From: an uncultured Candidatus Sumerlaeota bacterium
Lineage (GTDB): Bacteria > CAYMEV01
Direction: 5' to 3'
Assembly (NCBI GenBank): GCA_964389675.1
Contig: CAYMEV010000015.1
Span: 1 to 64,000 of the forward strand
DNA: 64,000 nt
Program-made: the position numbers and the translations under genes
The notes under the pieces: generated by a model
Told to the model about the DNA's origin: nothing
The model's input: only the letters and a program-made list of their open reading frames with translations
Database searches by the model: none
Part shown: positions 37,205-45,343 of the stretch, in pieces
Numbering within the stretch: position 1 is the first letter of the stretch
Layout of the letters: every line of letters begins with the position of its first letter

Positions 37205-38680
37205 ATGGAAAAAATAAAACAGGATCTGCTAAAAAAAATAGATGCTGCACCGGTAATCCATATCATTGGAATGACAGGAACAGAGGGCGAATCTGCACTG
37301 AAGTTTCTTGCTGCCAATACAGATAAAAGGCTTATGGCACATGATTTTTCAGGAAGGAACTATCTGTGGCACTCATATAGAAAAGCAAGGGAGTTCTTCT
37401 CAAGGTCATCAACTGACCGGGATTTTCAGGAACTTATGGATATAAGGGCTGAATTGAAGCTTGACCAGGATTATCTGAGCGGCATTAATAAGGAGGATAT
37501 TATCCTTCTGCCTCAGGACTGGGACAGATACCCTGCAAATAAAGAAGCGGTTAAATCCCATAGCGATAAAGGCGGGACTTCATTTTTGATATTCGACCTT
37601 TATTACCTTTTTTTCAAAGGGACAATAATAGGAGTAACCGGAACCAAAGGGAAAACTACCTCTTGCCACCTTGCCTGCAATCTCTTAAAAAACTGGGGGA
37701 AGAAAGCATATATATCAGGAAATGACAGGTATTCAAGGCAGGCACTGCCAGTCATCACAAGCTATGCCAAAGAATCATATCTCATACTTGAAACATCAAA
37801 CAGGCATCTGAAACATACTTTTTTCAGGCCGCACATTGCAATGCTTACAAATATAGATGCAGACCACCTGGAAGAGCATGACTCGGATATGGAAAAATAT
37901 GCCTTTACCAAGCTGAATATTTTTGGAGAAAGATCCTGTGCAATTCTTCCTTTGGAAATATACCAGAGATACAGAGACTGGATACCCTCCCGTCCCATTA
38001 TATTATTCAGCACCAAAGCAAAGGACGATGAGATGCCTGCGCCTGATATCCCTCATATTCTCATAAAAGATGATAAGGCTATCGCCAGGGAGAATGATAA
38101 ATTATGCACACTGCTGGACATTTCAAAAATCGAATCAAAAACACACACAGCAAACATTCTCCTGATATCAGGGCTTGCCTACATGCTTAAAATACCCTCC
38201 CCTATACTTCTTAATACTATAAATTCCAGGCTTGAAATCAGGAGCAGGCTGGAATATATAGGAAACAAATCAAAAATCCAGTTCATTGACGATCTTTCTG
38301 CAACCACGCCATTTGCTGCAGTTCATGCAATTGAATCAATAAAAGATAATATAATCCTTATATGCGGGGGAGATACAAAGGGGAATGATTACAATATTCT
38401 GGTTGAAAAACTCAATTCAAAAAAGGTCAAAAGGATATACCTCCTGCATGGCCCTGATTTAGAAAAATCTCTTATTTATGAGCTAAAAGACAGAATAAGG
38501 GATTTATCCAAACTGGTCATTTTCGACAGTTTTAAAGATGCCTTTTTTTCTGCATACTCAAGTGCAGAGAAGGGAGATACAATACTGCTAAGCCCTGCTT
38601 CTGCCTATTTTTACTCAAATTTTATCAGATCAGCAAAAAATAGCATGAGAGTTTTGTTTAAAATGCTGAAAACCAGATAA
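37205..38680 (+). CDS. Divergent MurD-like Mur ligase
   Basis: GVTGTKGKTT, ILETS, TNIDADHL...Y...K, RLE, IDDLSATT, LICGGDTKG and LLSPA motifs, with several substitutions relative to canonical MurD. Confidence 0.8.
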   Translation: MEKIKQDLLKKIDAAPVIHIIGMTGTEGESALKFLAANTDKRLMAHDFSGRNYLWHSYRKAREFFSRSSTDRDFQELMDIRAELKLDQDYLSGINKEDIILLPQDWDRYPANKEAVKSHSDKGGTSFLIFDLYYLFFKGTIIGVTGTKGKTTSCHLACNLLKNWGKKAYISGNDRYSRQALPVITSYAKESYLILETSNRHLKHTFFRPHIAMLTNIDADHLEEHDSDMEKYAFTKLNIFGERSCAILPLEIYQRYRDWIPSRPIILFSTKAKDDEMPAPDIPHILIKDDKAIARENDKLCTLLDISKIESKTHTANILLISGLAYMLKIPSPILLNTINSRLEIRSRLEYIGNKSKIQFIDDLSATTPFAAVHAIESIKDNIILICGGDTKGNDYNILVEKLNSKKVKRIYLLHGPDLEKSLIYELKDRIRDLSKLVIFDSFKDAFFSAYSSAEKGDTILLSPASAYFYSNFIRSAKNSMRVLFKMLKTR

Positions 38681-38695
38681 AAGGACTATTTTATA

Positions 38696-39775
38696 ATGAA
38701 GGATGGAATTTGGAGTTTCGATCATGTGTTCAGCCTGGATATTCCGGAAAAGCAGAGGATTACTCTTGGTGAATGCAATAATACAGTATTAGGATTCAGA
38801 CATAATGATCATAAGAGGCTTTTTGTACTAAGGGAGGATGAAAATCCTTCAGGTTCTCACAAAGACAGATATATGGCCTATACTCTGTCATACCTTCAGA
38901 AAGATAACTCTTCAGGTTATGTAATAAGCACATCAGGAAATGCTGGAATATCTCTGGCAAGGTACTCACAGCATATTGGAAAACCCTCAATAATCTGCCT
39001 GAAGCCTGACTCATCTGATGAGATTATTGAAAGGATACTGTACTATAAAGGCCATCCTGTCCTTACCGACAAACCTATAAACTTTGCAAAAATAATAAAC
39101 AGGACGCTCGGTTATCTCGATATAAGAGCAGGCCTTAATCCATTGTCAGACGAGGGTTACCGTTCAATTTCCGCTGAGATTTTTCAAAAAGGATGCCCTG
39201 TTGATTCTATCTTTGTCTTTTCAACATCGTTTTCAACTGCTTTGGGTATCCTGGAAGGATATAAATACCTCAATAAGCTTTTTGGAGTTCAGATACCAAG
39301 GGTATTTGCCGTTCTTTCAGGTGATTTTCATCCCTTTCCGGATATAATATCGATAACCAGGATCAATGATTTCCTCAATAAAATTGTCTGCAAGGACAAT
39401 ATCCGTTTTACGGCAATAGGCTGCAATTCTGAGACTCTTTGGAATGATAAAATACGCATCGGCGGGTTCTGCAAGCCTGAAAGGTTCAAAGAGGCTTGCT
39501 CCAAGCTTTCCGAATTCAACGGGGAGCTGATATATGTCAACAGAATGGATAATCCTGAGATCAGGTCTTTCTTTGATTATTACAGTATCAATACATCCTA
39601 CCAGAGTACATGCGCATTGTACAGCGCCTATCTTCTACAAAAGCTCAGGATCGTATATGCCCCGATTGTCATTCAATCAGGATTTCCTTCTTCAGCCGCC
39701 AGTTCAGGAAGGTACAGCAAATATATAATAAATTCCCTCAAAGATCTGATGAGTTACATGGATAAAATGCGATGA
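38696..39775 (+). CDS. PLP-dependent fold-type II enzyme (threonine synthase/cysteine synthase-like)
   Basis: ITLGE, LREDENPSGSHKDR (PLP Lys), ISTSGNAGISLA, GYRSISAEI. Confidence 0.8.
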   Translation: MKDGIWSFDHVFSLDIPEKQRITLGECNNTVLGFRHNDHKRLFVLREDENPSGSHKDRYMAYTLSYLQKDNSSGYVISTSGNAGISLARYSQHIGKPSIICLKPDSSDEIIERILYYKGHPVLTDKPINFAKIINRTLGYLDIRAGLNPLSDEGYRSISAEIFQKGCPVDSIFVFSTSFSTALGILEGYKYLNKLFGVQIPRVFAVLSGDFHPFPDIISITRINDFLNKIVCKDNIRFTAIGCNSETLWNDKIRIGGFCKPERFKEACSKLSEFNGELIYVNRMDNPEIRSFFDYYSINTSYQSTCALYSAYLLQKLRIVYAPIVIQSGFPSSAASSGRYSKYIINSLKDLMSYMDKMR

Positions 39776-41085
39776 ATAATTGTAAACACCGGATATATGA
39801 CCACAATAGCAGCCTTATCAGGAATACTGTTTCCAAAATTCTTGACAGATACCCGGTAAAAAAACCCGTCTATATTATAGATAAAGATGATCATAAGCTA
39901 TATATCTCTGAACAGATTTTCCCCGGTTTATCCCTGATATACAGCAACTGTTCAGGCCACAACTCATCCAAGGAAATTCTCAGGAATTTAAAAGGCTATG
40001 AAAAAGGATCTTCTGTTATCTTCTTCAAGCCGACATTTGAACTTATTGATTTAGCCGGGAAAATGGGCCTTGTACCTCTCCAAAATGACTACAGCAATAA
40101 TCTTCGAATTGAGAACAAGATATTTATATATAAGAATGCACCTGTTTTATCAAAAGGCCTGTTTCCACCCTCTCTCATCTCAGAAATCTCAAATGTTGAT
40201 TTTCAGGAGTCTGCGCAAATTTTTGGCATCCCATTTTTTGTTCAGTTCAGCTCAGGATATAGCGGTAAAACTACCTTCAAGATAGGTAATCCTGAAGAAT
40301 TGACAAGGCTTAAATCAATTTATAAAAACCTGCAGGCAAAGATATCCAGAGCAGTTCCTGGAGAAACATATACCCTTAACGGCTTTTTTCACAGGCATAA
40401 GTTCATTTATTCTGACCCTTTTATTCAGATATCAGGAAAAGGGGATTTAAATCCAAATACCTGCGGGAGTGCGGGCAATATATTCAGATATCTCGATCTG
40501 GACAGGGCTATCTTTTCATCTTTTATGGATATGGCCGGAAAGCTGCTTGAAGCAAACAATTTCCAGGGATTCTTCGGAATTGATTTTATAAATGATAAAA
40601 AGCCGTATCTTATTGAAATAAACCCGCGTTTCACAACATCCGCTTCAATCCAGTCCGAACATTCCATACTGAAAGGAAGGATGCCGGAATTTGTTTTTGA
40701 GATCATCCGTCTGATACTCACTTCAAAAGGAGAAGCAGCATTAAAATATGGAATTGATCTGCTTTCTGAAACTGAAGCAGATATGATCTCATACAGCTCG
40801 AAACTGAATATAACACAGCTCATACAGTATAACACCGGCAAAGATGATTACATTGCTGATGGCATGCTTGATACTGGAACATATAAAATCAAAGGCCGTT
40901 TTTTGAGAAAATATAATTCAAACATTCTGATCTCAAAAATAAACAGGGAAGATATAATCCTTTTTGCACCCATACCGGGCAGGAGAATCTCCTATGGAAA
41001 TGAGATAGCCCGCATAATATTTAATTCAGACAGCTTTGGCCTTGATAGAATGATAAATATTCTGAATAACAGATTTTGCCGCTGA
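39772..41085 (+). CDS. ATP-grasp domain protein
   Basis: IENK, PFFVQFSSGYSGKTTF, FQGFFGIDF, YLIEINPRFT. ATGA overlap with the PLP enzyme gene. Confidence 0.78.
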   Translation: MNNCKHRIYDHNSSLIRNTVSKILDRYPVKKPVYIIDKDDHKLYISEQIFPGLSLIYSNCSGHNSSKEILRNLKGYEKGSSVIFFKPTFELIDLAGKMGLVPLQNDYSNNLRIENKIFIYKNAPVLSKGLFPPSLISEISNVDFQESAQIFGIPFFVQFSSGYSGKTTFKIGNPEELTRLKSIYKNLQAKISRAVPGETYTLNGFFHRHKFIYSDPFIQISGKGDLNPNTCGSAGNIFRYLDLDRAIFSSFMDMAGKLLEANNFQGFFGIDFINDKKPYLIEINPRFTTSASIQSEHSILKGRMPEFVFEIIRLILTSKGEAALKYGIDLLSETEADMISYSSKLNITQLIQYNTGKDDYIADGMLDTGTYKIKGRFLRKYNSNILISKINREDIILFAPIPGRRISYGNEIARIIFNSDSFGLDRMINILNNRFCR

Positions 41086-41179
41086 TACCCTATAATCCAT
41101 CAATGTTTTTTTAAACAAAAGCCTGCTGAATTTCGAACTATATAAATGTAAGATGAATTAATTAATGGAGGTATTTACA

Positions 41180-41971
41180 ATGAAAAAGATCATGGTATTA
41201 ACAGCAGTTTTGTTGTGCTTTTCAATGATCTCAGCTGCGGAGAGCGAATTTGTATTTAGAAGGACTCTCACAGAGTTTCCAGTTGAAGAGATCAGATCAA
41301 TATCAGTAATGAATATTAACGGGGGGATAAAACTGGAAGATACATATGAAAAAAGCATCTCAATTACTATTTCATCAAAAGACCCTCTTTTTTCAGAAGT
41401 AAAAGAGGATGATTTCTGGAAAGAGTATTTTTCAGTCTCAATGAAGGATAATATTCTCTGCCTGAGTGTTGAAATGAAAGAACAAAAGGAAAAAGGCTTA
41501 TTCGGGCTCAAAAACAGAGAAAAAACACCCTGCCTTGATATTATTGTACAGATACCTGATAAGGAATTTGATATAGCATTTGAGACAGTCAATGGAGGAA
41601 TAGAACTTATATCATTTAAAGGCAACATTAAGGCAAAGACAGTAAACGGGAACATTAAAACAGAGGACCTTCATGGACAGGTAAGTATAAAAACCGTCAA
41701 TGGAAGCATTAATCTCTATATTGATGAAATCTCGGGTGAATCAAGCATAAGGACCGTTAACGGAAGCATTAATGCCTACTTAAATCCTGAATTGAACCTT
41801 AGTGTCGACACTAAGAACGTTAATGGCCTGATAAAGATCAATAACCTGGAATTTAATGAAACAAAATCAAATAAGAGATGTATAAAGGGGGTACTTAATA
41901 AACCGGATAGCAGTATGGTAATAGTTACAGTAAACGGCAATATTACATTGAATAATATTCTTGACAATTAG
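41180..41971 (+). CDS. Secreted DUF4097 (putative adhesin) beta-strand repeat protein
   Basis: Signal peptide, repeated TVNG(S/N/G)I motifs, GGAGG RBS before ATG 41180. Confidence 0.8.
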   Translation: MKKIMVLTAVLLCFSMISAAESEFVFRRTLTEFPVEEIRSISVMNINGGIKLEDTYEKSISITISSKDPLFSEVKEDDFWKEYFSVSMKDNILCLSVEMKEQKEKGLFGLKNREKTPCLDIIVQIPDKEFDIAFETVNGGIELISFKGNIKAKTVNGNIKTEDLHGQVSIKTVNGSINLYIDEISGESSIRTVNGSINAYLNPELNLSVDTKNVNGLIKINNLEFNETKSNKRCIKGVLNKPDSSMVIVTVNGNITLNNILDN

Positions 41972-42064
41972 AGAAAAAGTAATATATTGGATATTGTAAT
42001 AAGGGAAATTAGGGGCTGTTCAAGGTAGAAAATATTTGGTCTTTTTAAGAATTGTAGAAGATTG

Positions 42065-42184
42065 ACCTAGGGATAGACATGCATCCACTTTATTTTTTTA
42101 TTTTCTTTTCCCAAGAAAAAAGAAAAATTCACCTATATTACCTCATACTCCAATACAAATCCCATTGCATGAATATCCCTAGGT
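42065..42184. repeat. Long-range inverted repeat; candidate CTAG-flanked MITE or structured terminator
   Basis: ACCTAGGGATAGACATGCA (42065-42083) and TGCATGAATATCCCTAGGT (42166-42184) are 17/19 complementary. Confidence 0.55.
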
Positions 42185-42187
42185 TTT

Positions 42188-42835
42188 TTATTTGAATATA
42201 TCCTTTGTTTTACGATACCAGAATACAAAATCAAGATACCTTACATCAATCCCAATGGCCTTTGAAAAACGGACCAGCTTCTGTTCAATCTCAAGATAAG
42301 CTCCTCTGCTGATGCTTTTTGGAAATTCACAAATACACCCTGTATCACATAATCCCTTTAGTATATGCCTGTCAAGGATAGCTATGCCCTGGCCTCTCCC
42401 GATATTTCTAAGAAAATGGCTTGCCTCTTTATAGCCATATCCTACAACATTCTGGACAAGAAATTCTCTTATCTCGATATTGCAATTTTTTAAATTGGTA
42501 ATATATTCAAAATTTTCAGCTGATAAAAAAACAGGACGGTTCCGGATTATATAAGATGCTTTATTATTATAGAACCTGACCCTTTTTAGCAGAGGCTTTA
42601 TCTCAGAAATGCCACCCTCTGAAAGCAGGTTTGCCTTTTTTAGCCCTTCGACAGCCTTATCGGCTTCCCTTGCTTTGGATTGAGGTGTCAACAGGCAGAA
42701 CACAAATTCAGATATGAACCTCTTCTGGTCTTTATAACGACTTATTTTATCCATACTTTCCAAAGTAATGCGCACATCTTCCCTTATTTTCATGTATATG
42801 GTTCTGATCTCTTCAGCAGTGCATATAGTATTCAT
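42188..42835 (-). CDS. ogg: 8-oxoguanine DNA glycosylase/AP lyase (Thermotoga/archaeal Ogg type)
   Basis: EFVFCLLTPQSKA, VRFYNNKASYI, GYGYKEASHFLRNIG, IAILDRHIL, YLEIE, LDFVFW. Confidence 0.9.
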   Translation of the reverse strand: MNTICTAEEIRTIYMKIREDVRITLESMDKISRYKDQKRFISEFVFCLLTPQSKAREADKAVEGLKKANLLSEGGISEIKPLLKRVRFYNNKASYIIRNRPVFLSAENFEYITNLKNCNIEIREFLVQNVVGYGYKEASHFLRNIGRGQGIAILDRHILKGLCDTGCICEFPKSISRGAYLEIEQKLVRFSKAIGIDVRYLDFVFWYRKTKDIFK

Positions 42836-42931
42836 TTTAACCTCCTGGCGGTTATCTTAACCGGTTTATACATTCGTTCTTGATAAATATATCATGAAGT
42901 TTGATTTACCTGAAATTTATAATAAATTTAC

Positions 42932-43104
42932 AATCCTGCAGATGATGTATATACAGGATTAGCAGGCAGCATATCTATTAATAGTCTTGATTTTCTGAGG
43001 TGAAAGCCCTGCAGAAGATTTTTTTTAATCCTGAGGATGATAACAGGAACAGCAGTACCTGAATAACTGTCATAAAAGGGAAATTTAATGTAGGTGCACC
43101 CTGC
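42932..43104. repeat. Two degenerate tandem units of about 80 nt with hairpin potential
   Basis: Units 42932-43012 and 43027-43104 share AATCCTG..GATGAT..ACAGGA..AGCAG...AGGTG..CCCTGC. Confidence 0.4.
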
Positions 43105-43148
43105 TTCAACAATATAGAAACATGAAATTACTAAAGGGCCAGGTTTGC

Positions 43149-43541
43149 TTAAAAGGGCTCTTCCCCTGATTGCAGCCAACCCAGGGCCCTTTTTTCCCAG
43201 TCAGGGTACTGGTTTGCATCAATATATCTTTCATTAGCTCCAATTTGGGTATTCTTGCCGATTTTTACAAACTGAAGTGCTACAATATTGCTGTTTAAGA
43301 TTACAGCAGACCTTTTCATCCCCTTTTTCCTGTACAGCACCTGACCTTTTTCCATAATCTCCTTCGCCTCGACATCAAGCGGCTTCAGATTCCTCATATC
43401 AATAAGCACACTGAATTTTTCAGGTTTATCTTCCTTAAAAATCCTCTCTGATTCCTCAAGCCACTGCATCATCTCTTTTTCCGGTATCTTATCAGCAAAG
43501 AAGAGCCTGTAACCAAATTCTGTTCTGTTTATAGAATACAT
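43149..43541 (-). CDS. Small STAS/SEC14 (SpoIIAA-like) alpha/beta protein
   Basis: 130-aa ORF with FSVLIDMR...RSAVIL...ALGWL pattern. Co-oriented just downstream of the TPR gene. Confidence 0.55.
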   Translation of the reverse strand: MYSINRTEFGYRLFFADKIPEKEMMQWLEESERIFKEDKPEKFSVLIDMRNLKPLDVEAKEIMEKGQVLYRKKGMKRSAVILNSNIVALQFVKIGKNTQIGANERYIDANQYPDWEKRALGWLQSGEEPF

Positions 43542-43561
43542 CTACATCAGTTCTCTAATCC

Positions 43562-44302
43562 TTATTTATTATTATTTTCAGTATTTTCACGAGCCTTAAG
43601 GGAAATACCATATGCTTCCTCTGCATCCTTCAATCTCCCCAGTTTTGAAAGGATATCACCTTTCAGATCGTAGTATTCATTCAGGCCATCTTCTTTATCC
43701 TCGTCTCCTGTAATACCCTTTTCATAAAGGATTATCCCCTTTTCAACAGATTTTAAAGCAGAATCAAATTTCCCGAGCTTTTCCTGGCACATCGCCAGCC
43801 ATAGATAAGCATCTGTATGATCCTCCTTGACCTCAATGGATTTAGCCAGTGCCTCCTCGGCCTTGTCATACATTTCCAGCCTGTAATAAGCCTCACCCTT
43901 ATGTCTCCAGGGACATGACCATTTAGGCATCTCCTGATTGATCATCTCATAGACTTCTATCGCTGCCAGATAGTCATTTTTTTCAAGTAGCATGTTTGCT
44001 ATAAGGAACTTCTGACTGAAATTCATCTCTTTAACATGCTCTTCTGCTTTACTTAGAAGATAGTCCGACTTCAGGCTGTAAATATAGCTTTTCAGCCCGA
44101 GAACATATCCTTTATGGTGATCCTCCTTTATAAGCCTATCCATCTCATTGACTGCATTATCAAAGTTTTCTTCAACTGGTTCTACCCTGTACTTATTTAT
44201 CATTTCTGTAAGTACCTGAAGCCTGGTTTTTTCTGCAGTCTGATCAGCTAAGACAGCCACACAAAAAATGAGAATAATTAAAACAGAAATAAAATTTTTC
44301 AT
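43562..44302 (-). CDS. Secreted TPR protein
   Basis: Signal peptide (VLA-D), AGGAG RBS, 3-4 TPRs. Confidence 0.8.
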   Translation of the reverse strand: MKNFISVLIILIFCVAVLADQTAEKTRLQVLTEMINKYRVEPVEENFDNAVNEMDRLIKEDHHKGYVLGLKSYIYSLKSDYLLSKAEEHVKEMNFSQKFLIANMLLEKNDYLAAIEVYEMINQEMPKWSCPWRHKGEAYYRLEMYDKAEEALAKSIEVKEDHTDAYLWLAMCQEKLGKFDSALKSVEKGIILYEKGITGDEDKEDGLNEYYDLKGDILSKLGRLKDAEEAYGISLKARENTENNNK

Positions 44303-44464
44303 ATTTTACTCTCCTGAATCCTGTTTTCTTTACTATAAATGAATTTATTTGTATTAGCAAATACTTTTCAAAGAATATTGGTAATCCCTCAGGCAAAAGA
44401 ATTTTGCAATATATGGGCAAATATAATATAATCAAACCTCATAATTAAAAAAAGGAGCATATTT

Positions 44465-45304
44465 ATGGGAGGAATCACTTTTTTTGGCACAGAAAACCTG
44501 GACAGGATTTCAGAATTTTATATCGAAAAAATCGGAATGGAACTATGGCTTAATCAGCCTGGATGCAGGATATTAAAATACAAAAACATGCTTTTAGGAT
44601 TCTGCAGCAGCAAGAATACTGAGAAATGCGGTGTGATTACCCTTTTTTGCCATACAAAGGCAGATGTGGACATTTATTATGCCAGATTTGCTGATAAATC
44701 AATTTCAAAACCCTGTATTAACAAGGATTATAATATATATAATTTTTTTGCCCGGGACCCAGATGGAAGGAAGATAGAATTCCAGACCTTCCTTCACCGC
44801 ATTGAGCCTTATATGGATGGATGCCAGCTTCTGAAGACCAGGAGGAGCATCAGGCATTTCTCAAAAGAGCCTGTATCAATGGAGATAATTGAAAAAATAG
44901 CGGAATTATGCAGATATTCACCAACATCGAGGAATACTCAGGGTTATTATTTCCTGATAATTAAAAACCAGGAGAAGATAGATTACCTTGCTTCTTTGCG
45001 AGGTTCCAGCAGTGATCCCATAAGAAGGGCACCAATGGCTGTTGCAGTATGTTCTGACCCGTCAGTCACAAAAAGACCGGAGGATGATGGAATAATCGCC
45101 TCTTACCACTTCATATTAAGTGCAGCTCTGCACGGGCTGGGAACCTGCTGGATCGCTGCCATGAACATCAATGAAGCAAAAGAATGCCTTCAGATACCAG
45201 AAAATCACTATATAGCAACAATCACGCCCCTTGGCTATCCATCTGAAGATCCTGATATGCCTGAAAGAAAGGACAGAAGCAGTTTCTGCAGGGTGATTGA
45301 CTAA
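44465..45304 (+). CDS. VOC/glyoxalase - nitroreductase fusion protein
   Basis: N-half: EFYIEKIG, FFARDPDGRKIEFQ (VOC). C-half: TRRSIRHF, SPTSRNTQ, GLGTCWI, PLGYP (nitroreductase). Confidence 0.85.
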   Translation: MGGITFFGTENLDRISEFYIEKIGMELWLNQPGCRILKYKNMLLGFCSSKNTEKCGVITLFCHTKADVDIYYARFADKSISKPCINKDYNIYNFFARDPDGRKIEFQTFLHRIEPYMDGCQLLKTRRSIRHFSKEPVSMEIIEKIAELCRYSPTSRNTQGYYFLIIKNQEKIDYLASLRGSSSDPIRRAPMAVAVCSDPSVTKRPEDDGIIASYHFILSAALHGLGTCWIAAMNINEAKECLQIPENHYIATITPLGYPSEDPDMPERKDRSSFCRVID

Positions 45305-45343
45305 TGACGCTTAAGAGGCTTTCCTGACTCCTGGCAGAAAAGC

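Noticed and set aside
43027-43060. CTGAGGA resembling a hammerhead ribozyme core
   Set aside because: No stem II followed by GAAA in the required position.
42928-43179. 83-aa minus-strand ORF
   Set aside because: TTG start inside the upstream gene, no RBS and no recognisable motif; the region is better explained as non-coding repeats.
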